From Eledone cirrhosa (Eukaryota): a stretch of 64,000 bases of DNA. The stretch covers positions 52,948,001 to 53,012,000 of the forward strand of contig OZ024748.1 in NCBI GenBank assembly GCA_964016885.1, in the 5' to 3' direction. The notes beneath the pieces were generated by a model. It worked only from the letters and a program-made list of their open reading frames with translations. It had not been told where the DNA came from and made no database searches. A program made the position numbers and the translations under genes. This document shows positions 14,616 through 29,929 of the stretch, piece after piece. Position 1 is the first letter of the stretch, and each line of letters starts with the position of its first letter.

Positions 14616-14673
14616 ATACTATGCTCATTTCAATGACCGTGTTCAGTGTGAATCCGGTGACATCATCAGGTAT
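14616..14673 (-). ncRNA. Type I hammerhead motif with extended stem II
   Basis: Minus strand: atac CTGATGA tgtc accg ga ttca cac tgaa ca cggt catt GAAA tg ag ca TA gtat. Confidence 0.6.
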
Positions 14674-15119
14674 TCAAAATATAACAAAGGAATATAACAG
14701 ATAAAATCCATGGGGCTGAAAGGCAAAGTTAACCTTGGCGGGATTTGAACTAATGAAAATTGTGCTCAGGTGAAATGAACATATTTGTAAGACACTCTAT
14801 CTATAGACCTTGACCGAGATTAAAAGCAGACCAGATTATCCACTGTCTCCAATACCTACCACTAGGCCACTGAGGCAACTACGTGATGAATGGTAAAGTT
14901 GACTTCAGCAGGAGCTGGAACAGATATCAAGCTATTTAACCTAATCTCCTAATAACTCTGCCAATTCTCCACCTGTTGAAGCACCCAGTGCACTCTGTAA
15001 AGTATGGGGACATATTGAATGAAATACAGGCCCCTAACCCATTTGAGGGGGCCAGTAGCTCTAATTAAGTAATGATATGGTCTGTGAGGGTCAGTCCAAA
15101 CCTTGCTAGTGGATGGTAT

Positions 15120-15430
15120 ATGTTGATGATAATGATGATAATGATGACGATGATATTGATGATAATGAGGATAATGATGATATTGATGACGTTGATATCG
15201 AGGATAATGATGATGATGATATTGATGATAATGATGATGATGATGATGATTTTGATAATAATATTGATGATGATGATATTGACAATGATATTGATGATGA
15301 TATTGATGATGATAATGATGATGATGATGATATTGATGATAATATCGATGATAATGATGATGATGTTATCGATAATGATGATGATATTGATGATGATATT
15401 GACGACGATGATGATGATGATATTGATGGT
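15120..15430. repeat. Degenerate (GAT)n microsatellite
   Basis: gat/aat/att triplets. Confidence 0.9.
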
Positions 15431-15689
15431 TTGTCTTCATCAGTATGACAGCCTGGTGGGTACCATCTATCTGTAAATTATCGATCATGGCCAAAACTGT
15501 TAGTGTAAGGAGTACCAGAAATATACCCCCCCCTCCCTCACACACACAGACATTTGTGCACAGACTTTCATACACAGACACACGTGTGTACATACACAAA
15601 CACATGCATAAATTCATTGCATATATTCATATATACATACATTCATACTCCTATACTCATGCATATATATGCACACACTTATGCATACA

Positions 15690-16052
15690 TATACATACTT
15701 TGGCATACACACATACTCATGTGTACATATACAGACTTTTGCATACACATATACTCATGTTTACATATACAGACTTTGGCATACACACATGCACATGGCT
15801 ACATATACAGACTTTTGCATACACACATGCACATGGCTACATATACAGACTTTTGCATACACACATGCACATGGCTACATATACAGACTTTTGCATACAC
15901 ACATGCACATGGCTACATATACAGACTTTTGCATACACACATGCACATGGCTACATATACAGACTTTTGCATACACACATGCACATGGCTACATATACAG
16001 ACTTTTGCATACACACATGCACATGGCTACATATACAGACTTTTGCATACAC
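15690..16052 (+). repeat. 38-bp minisatellite, ~9 copies
   Basis: Unit acagacttttgcatacacacatgcacatggctacatat. Confidence 0.92.
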
Positions 16053-16435
16053 ATGCTCCTGCATAAATATATACGTTTGCATACACACACACACATTCTT
16101 CTATATATGTCCACGGACATGCTCATACATAAATATATTCATACATACATTCACATATGCAAAAATATATATATAATTACACACACATGCATGCATGCAT
16201 ACAAACATACACTCACGAACACATACATAAATAGTCATATATACAGATATGTATATACACACATGCACACACACATATATACATCCACTCATACATATAC
16301 ACACTCACAAACACATACATAAATACAGTCATATATACAAACACACACACCCACATGCATGCATACATACACCCACTGATACATATGCACACTCACGAAC
16401 ACATACATAAATATAGTCATATATAAATAAATATA

Positions 16436-16529
<94 letters not shown>

Positions 16530-16604
16530 CATATATATAAATATATAAATATATATATATACATATATATATACATATATATATATATATACATATATAT
16601 ATAC

Positions 16605-16643
<39 letters not shown>

Positions 16644-16714
16644 CATATATACATATATATATATATATACATACATATATACATATATATATATACATAC
16701 ATATATATATATAC

Positions 16715-16747
<33 letters not shown>

Positions 16748-16918
16748 CATATATATATACATATATATATATATATACTTATATATATATATACTTATAT
16801 ATATATATACATATATATATATACTTATATATATATATACATATACATACATATACATATATATACATATATATATATATACATACATATATATATATAT
16901 ACATATACATACATATAC

Positions 16919-17007
<89 letters not shown>

Positions 17008-17394
17008 CACACACACAAACTAAACATTTAGAATTAGACAAATCTGAAATGGAATTGAAATAGAAGAAAAGAAAGGAAAAAAGGAAGGCTTTGTTCTTTA
17101 GCTGAAATCCTGTACAATTAATCACTTGAGCTGACTAAGATTACAGAGTGGTTCGTTAACATTAAATATTACCCACAATTCCTCTGCCATAGTCGGCTAT
17201 TTTATTGACTGATAAGAAATCAATTAACCAATTAGTAAAGAATAGAAATTCTTTTATTTGGTTTTTATTTGTTTAAAAATTTTTTTTTTATTTTTTTTTT
17301 ACCATTCATATAGATTTTGCAAAAGACAGACTTTTGACCTCAATACAATATTTTGGCAAGGATATAGAAAACAATGATGATGATGATGATGGTT

Positions 17395-17830
17395 TCTTGA
17401 TTTAGGCACAAGGCCAACAATATTGGAAGCAGGGAAAGTTGATTAAATCGACCCCAGTGTATTACTGGTAGTTTATTTTATCGACCCCATAAGGGTGAAA
17501 GGCAAAGTTAACCTCGACGAGATTTGAACTCAGATCGTCGAATAAGTAATGATAATATGTTTCTACTTTTGCCTCTACTGATACTGCTAATCCACCGCCA
17601 TAATAGTAATAATAATAATGGGTTCTGATTTAGGCATAAAGATAATAAGTTTGGAAGAGGAGAATGTTGATTAAACCCAAGTGCATTACTGGTACTTTAT
17701 TTTATCGACCCTGTAATGATGAAAGGCAAACCTAAACTCGGCAGGATTTGAACTCAGAACGTAAAGGGCCATAACTCTATGCTGAAAAACACGTTCTCTG
17801 ATGCTCTACCAATACTGCCAATCCACTGCT
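17395..17830 (-). mobile_element. Two tandem SINE family B copies
   Basis: Each has actggta..ttttatcgaccc..gaaaggcaaa..gatttgaactcaga..tactgc.aatccac.gc. Confidence 0.75.
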
Positions 17831-18341
17831 AATAATAATAATAACAATTATCAGTACTTTATTATTACTAAGGGGAATTTTGGTGAATTGTTAGTGTGTT
17901 AGATGAAATGCTTTACAGTATTTCATCATAACAATCTTTGTTCTCGCTTTGAATCTCACAGAGGTCAACTTTACCTGTCACCTCTTGGAATCATCATCAT
18001 CATCACCATTATATGTCCATTTTCCATGTTAGATGGGTTACAACATTGTGAGACAAGTCAGATCAGATGACTGTGTCTTGCTCACACATAACTGTTTCTA
18101 GCTTGGTTTCTTCAGCTTTCAGTCTTTCTTCTTGCCAACCAAATATACAGTGTGGACTGGATGCTTTTCCCTTCCTTTAAATAGCTGTCATTGGACCTAT
18201 ATTAGTAATTATATGAGAGAGACCCCCTTCTATCACAAATAACCATTGGCTTGGCACCTAGAAAGTTTCCCTTTCAAGACCACAAGACAAGGCAATAATT
18301 ATATACATATTAAGATGCATAAATATATATACACATATCTT

Positions 18342-18465
<124 letters not shown>

Positions 18466-19740
18466 GGAGGCACATGGCTTAGTGGTTAGAGCATTGGGCT
18501 TGCAATCAAAAGGTTGTGAGTTCAATTCTCAGACCGGGTGATGTGTTGTTTCCTTGAGCAAGACACTTTATTTCACATTGCTCCAGTTTACTCAGCTGTA
18601 GAAATGAGATGATAGGGACTGGGGTCCCTATCATTCCACTGAAAAGTGGTCGTGTAGGTGCCACAACAAAAAGCACCCAGCCCACACTGTAAAGTGGACG
18701 TGTAGGCGCCACGGCAAAAAAGCACTCAGCACTCACTGTAAAGTGGTCGTGTAGGCGCCACGGCAAAAAATCACCCAGCACTCACTGTAAAGTTGTCGTG
18801 TAGGCGCCACGGCAAAAAATCACCCAGCCCACACTGTAAAGTGGTCGTGTAGGTGCCACGGCAAAAAATCACCCAGCACTCACTGTAAAGTGGTCGTGTA
18901 GGCGCCACGGCAAAAAATCACCCAGCACTCACTGTAAAGTGGTCGTGTAGGCGCCACGGCAAAAAATCACCCAGCACTCACTGTAAAGTGGTCGTGTAGG
19001 CGCCGCGGCCAAAAAGCACCCAGCACTCACTGTAAAGTGGTCGTGTAGGTGCCACAGCAAAAAAGCACCCAGCACTCACTGTAAAGTGGTCGTGTAGGCA
19101 CCACGGCCAAAAAGCACCCAGCCCACACTGTAAAGTGGTCGTGTAGGCGCCACGGCAAAAAAGCACCCAGCACTCACTGTAAAGTGGTCGTGTAGGCACC
19201 ACGACCAAAAAGCACCCAGCCCACACTGTAAAGTGGTCGTGTAGGCGCCACGGCAAAAAAGCACCCAGCACTCACTGTAAAGTGGTCGTGTAGGTGCCAC
19301 GGCAAAAAATCACCCAGCACTCACTGTAAAGTGGTCGTGTAGGTGCCACAGCAAAAAATCACCCAGCACTCACTGTAAAGTGGACGTATAGGCACCACGG
19401 CCAAAAAGTACACAGCCCACACTGTAAAGTGGTCGTGTAGGTGCCATGGCAAAAAAGCACCCAGCACTCACTGTAAAGTGGTCGTGGAGGTGCCACGGCA
19501 AACAAGCACCCAGCACTCACTGTAAAGTGGTCGTGTAGGCGCCACAGCAAAAAACACCCACCCACACTGTAAGGTGGTCATGTAGGCGCCACAGCAAAAA
19601 AAAACCCAGCCCACACTGTAAATGAGGTTGGTGTTAGGAAGGGCATCCAGCTGTAGAAATCAAGCCAGAATCAGTTCCCGTCCCACCCTTGCAAGCAGGG
19701 AAAAAGCGACATAAAATGAAATGATGATGATGATGAATGA
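18466..19740 (+). mobile_element. Full-length tRNA-derived SINE A with an internal 49-bp array
   Basis: A box tggcttagtgg, B box gagttcaattc, core ccttgagcaagacactt, LINE-derived tail plus (GAT)n. Confidence 0.88.
18642..19620 (+). repeat. 49-bp tandem array, ~20 copies, inside SINE
   Basis: Unit aaagtggtcgtgtaggcgccacggcaaaaaa(g/t)cacccagcactcactgt; 1-2 copies in sibling SINEs. Confidence 0.95.
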
Positions 19741-19937
19741 TGATTAGCATATATGGTGTAACATAGAGTATTTAAAGAAAGAGGGCAACAGCACAGGTAG
19801 AAATTAATCTATATTTCAGGGGAACAGGAGTTTTCTTTATTTATTTACTTATTTGTTTATTTATATATATTTTTTTGGTGGGTGGATGAAATATTTGTTT
19901 GGGTCATGGGCTAGAGATGAGAATACATCTAAGCCCA

Positions 19938-19979
<42 letters not shown>

Positions 19980-20063
19980 CATATATACATGTGTGTGTGT
20001 ATATATGGGTGTGTGTGGGTATGTATGCCTTTCTGTGTGTGTATATATATATGTATGTGTGTG

Positions 20064-20095
<32 letters not shown>

Positions 20096-20264
20096 TGTGT
20101 GTATGTGTATATATATATATATATATTTATGAAAATATATACGCATATATATACATGTATATATATATATATACATGTGTATATATATATATATATACAT
20201 GTGTATATATATATATATATACATGTATATATATATATATATACATGTGTATATATATATATAT

Positions 20265-20376
<112 letters not shown>

Positions 20377-20470
20377 GTATATATATATATATATATACAC
20401 ATGTATATATATATATATATATATACACATGTATATATATATATACATGTATATATATGCGTATATATAT

Positions 20471-20508
<38 letters not shown>

Positions 20509-20509
20509 A

Positions 20510-20836
20510 TCATCATTTCATTTTACGTCCGCTTTTCCCTGCTTGCAAGGGTGGGAAGGGAACTGATTCTGGCTTGATCTCTACAGCTGGATGCCCTTCC
20601 TAACACCAACCTCATTTACAGTGAGTGCTGGGTGCTTTTTGCCGTGACACCTACACGTCCACTTTTCAGTGGAATGATAGGGAACCCAGTCCCTATCATC
20701 TTATTTCTACAGCTGAGTAAACTGGAGCAATGTGAAATAAAGTGTCTTGCTCAAGGAAACAACACATCACCCGGTCTGAGAATTGAACTCACAACCTTTT
20801 GATTGCCAGGCCAATGCTCTAACCACTAAGCCATGT
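20510..20836 (-). mobile_element. SINE A, near full length, single 49-bp unit
   Basis: Reverse complement of the 18466 element without the expansion. Confidence 0.88.
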
Positions 20837-20840
20837 TTAT

Positions 20841-20896
<56 letters not shown>

Positions 20897-21463
20897 TATA
20901 TAATATATACATGTATATATATGCATATATACATATATATATATATACATCTTTATATATATATATATAAATATATATAATCTATACATGTATATATATA
21001 TGCATATATACATATATATATATACATCTTTATATATATATATATATATATATATAAATATATACATGTATATATATGCATATATACATATATATATACA
21101 TCTATATATATATATATATATATATTCACATATATATGTATATATATACATGTATATATTTATATATGTATATGCATACATGTATATGTATATACATGTG
21201 TGAGTGTGTGTGTAGTTGGTGAAGGGGAACATGCAAAGAAAGAAGAAAGCAATTGGAAAACATGTCTGCTATCAGTTATAATATATTGTTAGTCTGACTA
21301 CAGTTTGTCTGTTGGCTAATGTTTTACAGCTGACCAGTTCACCTTTACAATAGGATTTGGATAAATATACATACTTACGTATATTATATATACATATGTG
21401 TGTGCGCATATATATGTGTGTATATATATTTGTGTATATATATATATGTATATATATATTTGT

Positions 21464-21501
<38 letters not shown>

Positions 21502-22425
21502 ATATATATGTATATATATGTATATATATATGTATATATATGTATATATATATGTATATATATGTATATATATATGTGTATAAATATATATGTATATATA
21601 TGTGTATAAATATATATGTATATATATGTGTGTATATATATGTATATATATATATGTGTGTGTATATATGTATATATATATATGTGTGTATATATATATG
21701 TGTATATATATATGTGTGTATATATATGTGTATATATATATGTGTGTATATATATGTATATATATATATATGTGTGTATATATATGTATATATATATATG
21801 TGTGTATATATATGTATATATATATATGTGTGTGTATATATATGTATATATATGTGTGTGTATATATATGTATATATATATATGTGTGTGTATATATATG
21901 TATATATATGTGTGTGTATATATATGTATATATATATATGTGTGTGTATATATATGTATGTATATATATATATGTGTGTGTATATATATGTATATATATA
22001 TATGTCAGTGTATATATATGTATATATATGTATATATATAAGTGTGTATATATATGTATACATATGTATATATGCATGTATAAATATGTATATATATATA
22101 TATGTGTATATATATATATGTGTGTATATGTGTGTATATATATGTGTGTATATATATATGTGTGTATATATATATGTGTGTGTATATATATATATATGTA
22201 GATATATGTCTATATATGTATATATATATATATATGTATATGCATATATATATATGTAAATATATATATATATATATATACGTGTGTATGTTTATATATA
22301 TATGTATATACAAATGTGCGTGCATGTATATATATATGTATATATAGATATGTATATAGATATGTATATATATCTATATCTATGAATAAATCTAAGTAGC
22401 TATCCATCCATCTATCTTTATACAA

Positions 22426-22481
<56 letters not shown>

Positions 22482-22839
22482 GTGTATGTGTGTGTATGTG
22501 TCTAGCCCTGCTTCAGTAATGATTTGGTGTGTGAAAGTCCATCCAACCCTTGCAGGGAAAGCAGCACACACAACCACGTACACACATTCTTTTTTAACAT
22601 GGTACACAGATGTTAAATGATGATGAGACACAATTATATACAATATGTGTATTATATATACCCAGTCCTTGGCATTTTGTTTGAAATCATATACACACCT
22701 GTACGTGTGTGTATATATATATATATTTATATAGATATATAGACATTCGATCGACTTTTGCCAAATTGGACCAAGGAAACAATGTTTTCATTGGTCTTTC
22801 TAATTGCTAATACTATCTATCGGTCGCAACTCCAGGTAG

Positions 22840-22959
22840 AAGGAGCAATGTGAACTAAAATGTCTTGCTCAAGGACATAACACGCATTTCCCAATCCATG
22901 AATCAAACTCACAACCCCACGAATGCAAATCTAATTCTCTAAGCACTCAGCCACGCGTC

Positions 22960-22965
<6 letters not shown>
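22840..22965 (-). mobile_element. SINE A 5' fragment
   Basis: ggagcaatgtgaactaaaatgtcttgctcaagga...ctctaagcactcagccacgcgtcttc. Confidence 0.65.
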
Positions 22966-23005
<40 letters not shown>

Positions 23006-23864
23006 TATACACATATATATATATTAAAATAACAGATTAAAGATTAAGCAAAGAATTTCTGCTTTCACCCTAAACAGGGTCTCCTGAAACTGAGAAAAAC
23101 GAATCTCTAGATGCAGAAGTAAATAGTTTAAAAAGAAGTTATGCTTATCCAGTCTTTTTCAGATTTTGGTCTTCATATTTATTATTATTATCGAGGTTAG
23201 CTTTACCTTTCATCCTTATGGGTTCGATAAAAAAAAACACCAGTAATTCACTGGGGTAATTGCTCGCTTGTACCAAAAGTAGAAACATTATTATTATTAT
23301 TATACATATAAATATATATATATATATATATACACACACATACACTGGTATATATGAAATAAACGCTAAGATAGAAGTTACATAATCATATTTATTATTA
23401 TACGTATTTCTGTTGCACCAGTATGGAGCTGTTTCACAATTGTTACAGCAGCGACCTGCACCATTGTGACGTTATCAGATGTTAACACAATGGTATGGGT
23501 AGGTTAATATGTTGTTGGCTGACATCACCATGTTCACAAAAATCTGATGAACATTAGTGGAGTGCTCTACTTACTTAAACTTGTTTATGAGCGAGAAATC
23601 TTTACATAATTTTACAGATGAACAACACAGCAACTAGCAACTATATATATAAATCTATAAAATACATGTTCCAATGTAAAAACTACCAGCCTAACAGGGA
23701 GGGTGTTTTGAAGCTGCTTTTTAAAAACTGAAGAGTCCTCTCTGCTCTTTTGTTTGCAAAGTTTTCCGTTCCATTGCCCTATGACTTTCCTATCATCAAC
23801 CACTCCCTAGAGTGAGCTGGGTGTGTTTTATAATGTCAGCAACACTAAAGAGGTTGTTGTGCTC

Positions 23865-24092
23865 TTAACTCTTAAGCATTTAAGCCGGCCATATCCGACC
23901 TCAATTCTCTCCCCCCTTTCTGTTCGAACCAGTCGTAATTGGCCACTCTCACTGATGTTAAGGTATTAATCTTAAAATAAATAATATCAAAATCTCATAG
24001 ATTTAATATTATGTGAGATAATTATGTGAGATAAAGCCTTTTCTGTGAAATACAAAAGTATATATAGAGTAATGTGAATGTTAAAGGGTTAA
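23865..24092 (+). mobile_element. piggyBac-type MITE (TTAA TSD)
   Basis: TTAActcttaagcatt ... aatgttaaagggTTAA; homologues at 32635, 37316, 50032, 53629. Confidence 0.8.
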
Positions 24093-25177
24093 CACACTAA
24101 TGTTCAACATGGTTTCAACAGCAGGTGCCATTCCTTTCATGAACCATCTTACATGGAGGACTGTGTGTATTTTATCATAACACCAGCATTAGAGAGGATG
24201 TCAGTCCTTGATAGAACCCAGAAGCAGTTGTTTGTCAAGCAAACTTTTTAACTATACACCTATGCCTGCATCTATCTATATGGAGTAGAATTTGGTGGTT
24301 TATTTGAAATTTAAACCCTAAAATATTTCTTCTCAAATCTTCTTGTTCCTTGCACATTCTTCAATGTGGCTGCTAAGAATCTTGTTTTATATTTACACAC
24401 AGACACAGACACACACACACACATGCATCCTTTGGGATATTTATTCGTCATTCTTTCACTGGTTTCAATCAATCGACTATGACCATGCAGGGGCAACAGC
24501 TTGAATAAATATGAGTGTATATATATATTTATATATACAGCATGTCCCCCCCCAAAAAAAAATATATACACACTTCAACAGAATTCTAATAAATATTGCT
24601 TATACAGGTAATCAAAATATGTATACATTTTGGGGGACACACCCTCTATATGTGTATTTTATCATAACACCAGCACTAGAGAGGATGTCAGTCCTTGATA
24701 GAACCCAGAAGCAGTTGTTTGTGAAGCAAATACCTCTGATGGTATCCAATGATGTTGACTTGTTCTTCTTTTTGGTAAATATCATCTTGGTTAAGAGAGT
24801 GGGACTGGCTTTGTGCAGTGCCTTTGCTCACTATAAAAGCTTCACGGCACAAGCATTGCTTTATATCTGGAGATCTCTCTGCACTTGTCATCACATGGTA
24901 CCATGGGCCCAGCACTATGTGTCAATAATTGTCACAAGTGTAGTGTTTTTACCAGAGTTGTCAAGTCGCTGGCTGGACTAAAAAGTCACACTCGTTCAGC
25001 GCATCAGTAGGGGTTCTCCTACATGGATATAAAGTAGTGGCCGTACTCGAAAACGAGTTGGCAGCCACCATGTATATGTATGTATGTATGTATATGTATG
25101 TATATTTATGTATGTGTATGTATGTATATGTATGTATGTGTATGTATGTATGTGTATATACGTATGAATATATATAT

Positions 25178-25403
25178 ATCATCATCATCACAGTTTTACG
25201 TCCGTTCTCCCACACTAGCATGGGTTAGACGGGTTGTCCTGTTGTGGGCAGTAGCCGGTCGGCTGACCATGCCTTGCTCATACAGCAACTGATTCTGGCT
25301 TGATTTCTACAGCTGGATGCCCTTCCTAACACCAACCTCATTTAGAGTGAGTGCTGGGTGCTTTTTTTCTGTGACGCCTACACGTCCACTTTACAGTGTG
25401 GGC
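25178..25403 (-). mobile_element. 3' part of SINE/LINE-chimera family
   Basis: Homologous to 9640-9855 in reverse. Confidence 0.8.
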
Positions 25404-25567
25404 TATATATATATATATATATATGTATGTATATATATATGTATGTATATATATATATGTATATATATGTATATATATATATATATAGCGTGGAAGATGG
25501 ACATTAAACGATGATGGTGATGATATATGTATGTGTATATATATATATATATATATGTATGTATATA

Positions 25568-25659
<92 letters not shown>

Positions 25660-26387
25660 ATTACTATCTCCATACTCATCTCTATTATTTCTGCCGCCAC
25701 CTCTGCTACTACTAACCAAATCTTGTATTATGACTATTACTGCAACTACCAATTACCAGCACCAGAACATACTAGCACCAAGACTTTCACAAGTGCAGCA
25801 GCAACAGCAGCAACAACAACAACAACAACAGAAACAACAGCAGCAACAACAACAGAAATAACAGCAGTAACAATCATCCTTTCTAATAAGAACACAAAAA
25901 TCACTATAATTTTCCAACACTACCACCACCACCACCACATTTATCTCACAGCCATCACCATTACCACTACAAGAACGCCCCCGCTCCCCCTCTCCAACCT
26001 CAACCCTCACCTCTTCATAAACCTTACTATTGCTAAACATAAACCATTTCTTTCTATTGGAATTTATTATGTTTCGCAAAGTCTAAGACTGGAACTTTCC
26101 AGTAATGTCAATTTGTAAGCCTTCATTTTCTTTCCTTCTTTCATTCTTTCTTTCTTTCTTTTTCTCTGCTGTTCTCTCCTTACTGCACCCATCCCACCCT
26201 GTCCTAACCCACCCCACACATCAGCTGCCATTTTACTTCCTAAATTACAAAAGTCAGAATATATCTAAAGTATATTCCAAATCACTGCACTGACAAAAAA
26301 AATGGTACAATCAAGTGTGAATGACTGACTTTTCCCCTGATGATGATTCATTCACCCTCACCATCTCTTTCTTTCTCTCACTCTCTC

Positions 26388-26450
<63 letters not shown>

Positions 26451-26914
26451 GTGAGAGAGAGAGAGAGAGGCAATGTAGATTTGTAGATTTATTACATATA
26501 TACATAATCAATACATATATATGTATATATATATGTACATACATACATATATATATATATATGTGTGTGTATATACATATATGTATATATATATCTATAT
26601 AGATATATGTGTATGTATACATGTGTGTATGTGTGTGTATATATATATGTATGAATGAATGAATGCGTATATGTTTGTATGTATGACTGTATTTATATGT
26701 GTGTGTATATATAGATATATATATATTTATATAGGCAAGGAATAGTAGAATCAGTGCATCAAACACTTATAATATGTGGTGTTATTTGTTCCACACAAAT
26801 TATATTCCTTTATTCCCAGGTTAACTTTGCCTTTTTTTTCTGTATGACATCATAACATAAAGTACTGGGCTGATATATTCAACTAAACTGCTTGTAGGTG
26901 ATGGCCTAGCCTGA

Positions 26915-27897
26915 CTACAGCATCACTACAGCTTGGTCACAGTATGACCACAGCTTGGTCACAGTATGACCATAGGTTGGTCACAGCATGACCATAATGT
27001 GGTCACAGAATGATCATAGCTTGGTCACAGTATGACCATAATTTGGTCACAGTATGACCACAGCTTGGTCACAGCATGACCATACCGTGGTCACAGCATG
27101 ACCATAGCTTGGTGACAGTATGACCATAATTTGGTCATAGCAAGACCACAGCTTGGTCACAGTATGACCACAGCTTGGTCACAGCATGACCATACCGTGG
27201 TCACAGCATGACCATAGCTTGGTGACAGTATGACCATAATTTGGTCATAGCAAGACCACAGCTTGGTCACAGTATGACCACAGCTTGGTCACAGCATGAC
27301 CATACTGTGGTCACAGCATGATCATACCGTGGTCACAGCATGACCATAGCTTGGTGACAGTATGACCATAATTTGGTCATAGCAAGACCACAGCTTGGTC
27401 ACAGTATGACCACAGCTTGGTCACAGTATGACCACAGCTTGGTCACACTATGACCATAGGTTGGTCACAGCATGATCATACAGTGGTCACAGCATGACCA
27501 TAGCTTGGTGACAGTATGACCATAATTTGGTCATAGCAAGACCACAGCTTGGTCACAGTATGACCACAGCTTGGTCACACTATGACCATAGGTTGGTCAC
27601 ATCATGACCATAGCATGGTCACAGAATGACCATAGCTTGGTCACAGTATGACCATAATTTGGTCACAGCAAGACAACAGCAAAACAATGGCATGGTCACC
27701 AGATGACCACCGCTTTGTCACAGCATGACCATAGCTTTGTCACAGCATGGCCATAGCATGACCACAGATGACCATAGTTTGGTCACAGCATGACAACAGC
27801 AAGACACCAGCAAGACAACAGCAAAACAACAGTAGGGTCACCAGATGACCATTGCTTTGTCACAGCATCACCATAGCTTTGTCACAGCTTTGTCACT
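26915..27897. repeat. 22-bp palindromic-unit array (TGACCA-N5-TGGTCA-N5)
   Basis: tgaccacagcttggtcacagta repeated ~40 times with ~110-bp higher-order blocks. Confidence 0.92.
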
Positions 27898-28342
27898 GAG
27901 TTTACTTCAATATTGAAAGTCATTTCAACAAATTCTTCTTAAACCTCGTTGTTACTCTATTTTTACTGAAATACTTTGTATTTTGATTAATTAATTCATG
28001 AATATAATTAGGATTTACTAAAATTATAATTTCATCAAGATGGTATTTGTAATAGAACAAAATGTTCTCAGCTAAAATTATATTGGGAAGTTTTAATTTA
28101 AGAAGGAACACTTTTAAATGAGATATTTCATTTCATAGAAGCTGTGACAGCTTCAGGTGGGTTTGCATGAAAATGGTTAATGTGTCTAAATTTGTAAATT
28201 CCGCTTCAGTATCAAATGGAAAAATACTCCATTTAAGAATGTTGATGTTTAATATTCTGCTAGGAATAAGATACTTGGTTGTGGATCTATAAATGGATTC
28301 CTAAATACAAACTAGTATATTCACCCCCTGTAATCCCCTATG

Positions 28343-28652
28343 TGAAGGTACTATGGTTTAGTGGTTAGAGTGTTGGGTTTGCAATCAGGAGGTTGTGAGT
28401 TCAATTCTTGGACTGAGTGATGCAAGATACTTTATTTCATGTTGCTCCAGTTTACTCAGCTGTAGAAATGAGTTGTGACATCAGTAGTGCCAAGCTGTAT
28501 TGTCTTTCCCTTCGACAACATTGTGGTATGTCTGGGTGACTGATGGCCTTCAACAAACAACCCTGTTTGAATCTGTGCCTTGGAAGGGAACTTTCTAGGC
28601 ACAAATCCCATGGTCATTTGTGACTGAAGGGAGTCTTTAATCCTTTTACTCT
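28343..28652 (+). mobile_element. tRNA-derived SINE, A-type head with alternative 3' half
   Basis: tggtttagtggttagag..gagttcaattc..gttgctccagtttactcagctgtagaaatgag, then tail ending gaagggagtctttaatcctttta. Confidence 0.75.
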
Positions 28653-28686
28653 AATCCTCTATGATTTTATTCACTCTGGGAGTCTA

Positions 28687-29052
28687 TCATCATCATCATC
28701 ATCATCACCGTTTTACATCCATTCTTCCACGCTAGCATGGGTTAGACGGGTTGTCCTGTTGTGGGCAGTGCCCAGTCAGCTGACCTTGCTCATACGGGAA
28801 CTGATTCTGGCTTGATTTCTACAGCTGGATGCCCTTCCTAACACCAAACCCATTTACAGTGAGTGCTGGGTTCATTGTTTCCGTGGCACCTACACGCCCA
28901 CTTTACAGTGTGGGCTGGGTGCTTTTTTGCCATGGCACCTCCACAACCACTTTGCAGTGGAATGATAGGGACCCCAGTCCTATCATCTCATTTCTACAGC
29001 TGAGTAAACCAGAGCAATGTGAAATAAAGTGTCTTGCTCAAGGAAACAACAC
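28687..29052 (-). mobile_element. SINE A, 5'-truncated, two 49-bp units
   Basis: Reverse of core, body and ccatgctagc tail. Confidence 0.8.
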
Positions 29053-29835
29053 AAGACACTTTATTTCACATTGCTCTATATGAACTACTTTGTAAAGCCC
29101 TGCTTTATATGGTATCTTTGGCATAGCAGATACTTCTTTTTGTTTATATGTCTATATGTATGTGTGTGTGGATGGTTTTGTAACTCCTTGTAGAGTTGTT
29201 GGGGTGCTTTAGTAACACACAAAGTTTCTTTGGAATTTTGTCTAAACCAGGCAGAGCCTGTCCTCACCCCAGATCTGAATACTGGTAATGCCTTCCAGAG
29301 TAAAGAAAGAGAATGAAAGAGAGGAAACAAGAAAGGGATATATTTGGATAATCGACCCCAGTACTTGATTGGCTTTTGTCATCTTGAGGTCAATAAAAAA
29401 AAGGACCAAAGTTGATTTTGGCGGGATTTGAACTCAGAGCGCAAAGAACTGGAATGAATAATACAAAGCATTGAATCAGAGGTTCTAATAACTCTGCCAA
29501 TTTGCCACCTTATATATGTATATCACTTTACATTTATATATATATATATGTGTGTGTATTTATAATATATGTATATATTTATATATATATAAAGTATATA
29601 TATATATATATATGTATAATATATGTTTATATATATATATGTATAATATATGTTTATATATATATATGTATAATATATGTTTATATATATGATATATGTA
29701 TAATATATGTTTATATATATGATATATGTATAATATATGTTTATATATGATATATGTATATATATATGTTTATATATGATATATTTATATATATATGTAT
29801 ATATATATATGTATGTAAAAGGGAAACAGAAATAA

Positions 29836-29869
<34 letters not shown>

Positions 29870-29929
29870 TTATAGAGAGAGGGGGAAGATAATGGGAAAG
29901 TGAAAAAAAATGCATTCATCACAAAGCTT

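Noticed and set aside
15113-15448. Asp-rich (aspein-like) protein
   Set aside because: Degenerate (GAT)n tract with no signal peptide or exon evidence
18466-18540. tRNA gene
   Set aside because: tRNA-like head of a SINE continuing into core and tail; no proper acceptor stem
18642-19620. CRISPR-like array
   Set aside because: Contiguous units with no unique spacers, no cas genes, eukaryotic context
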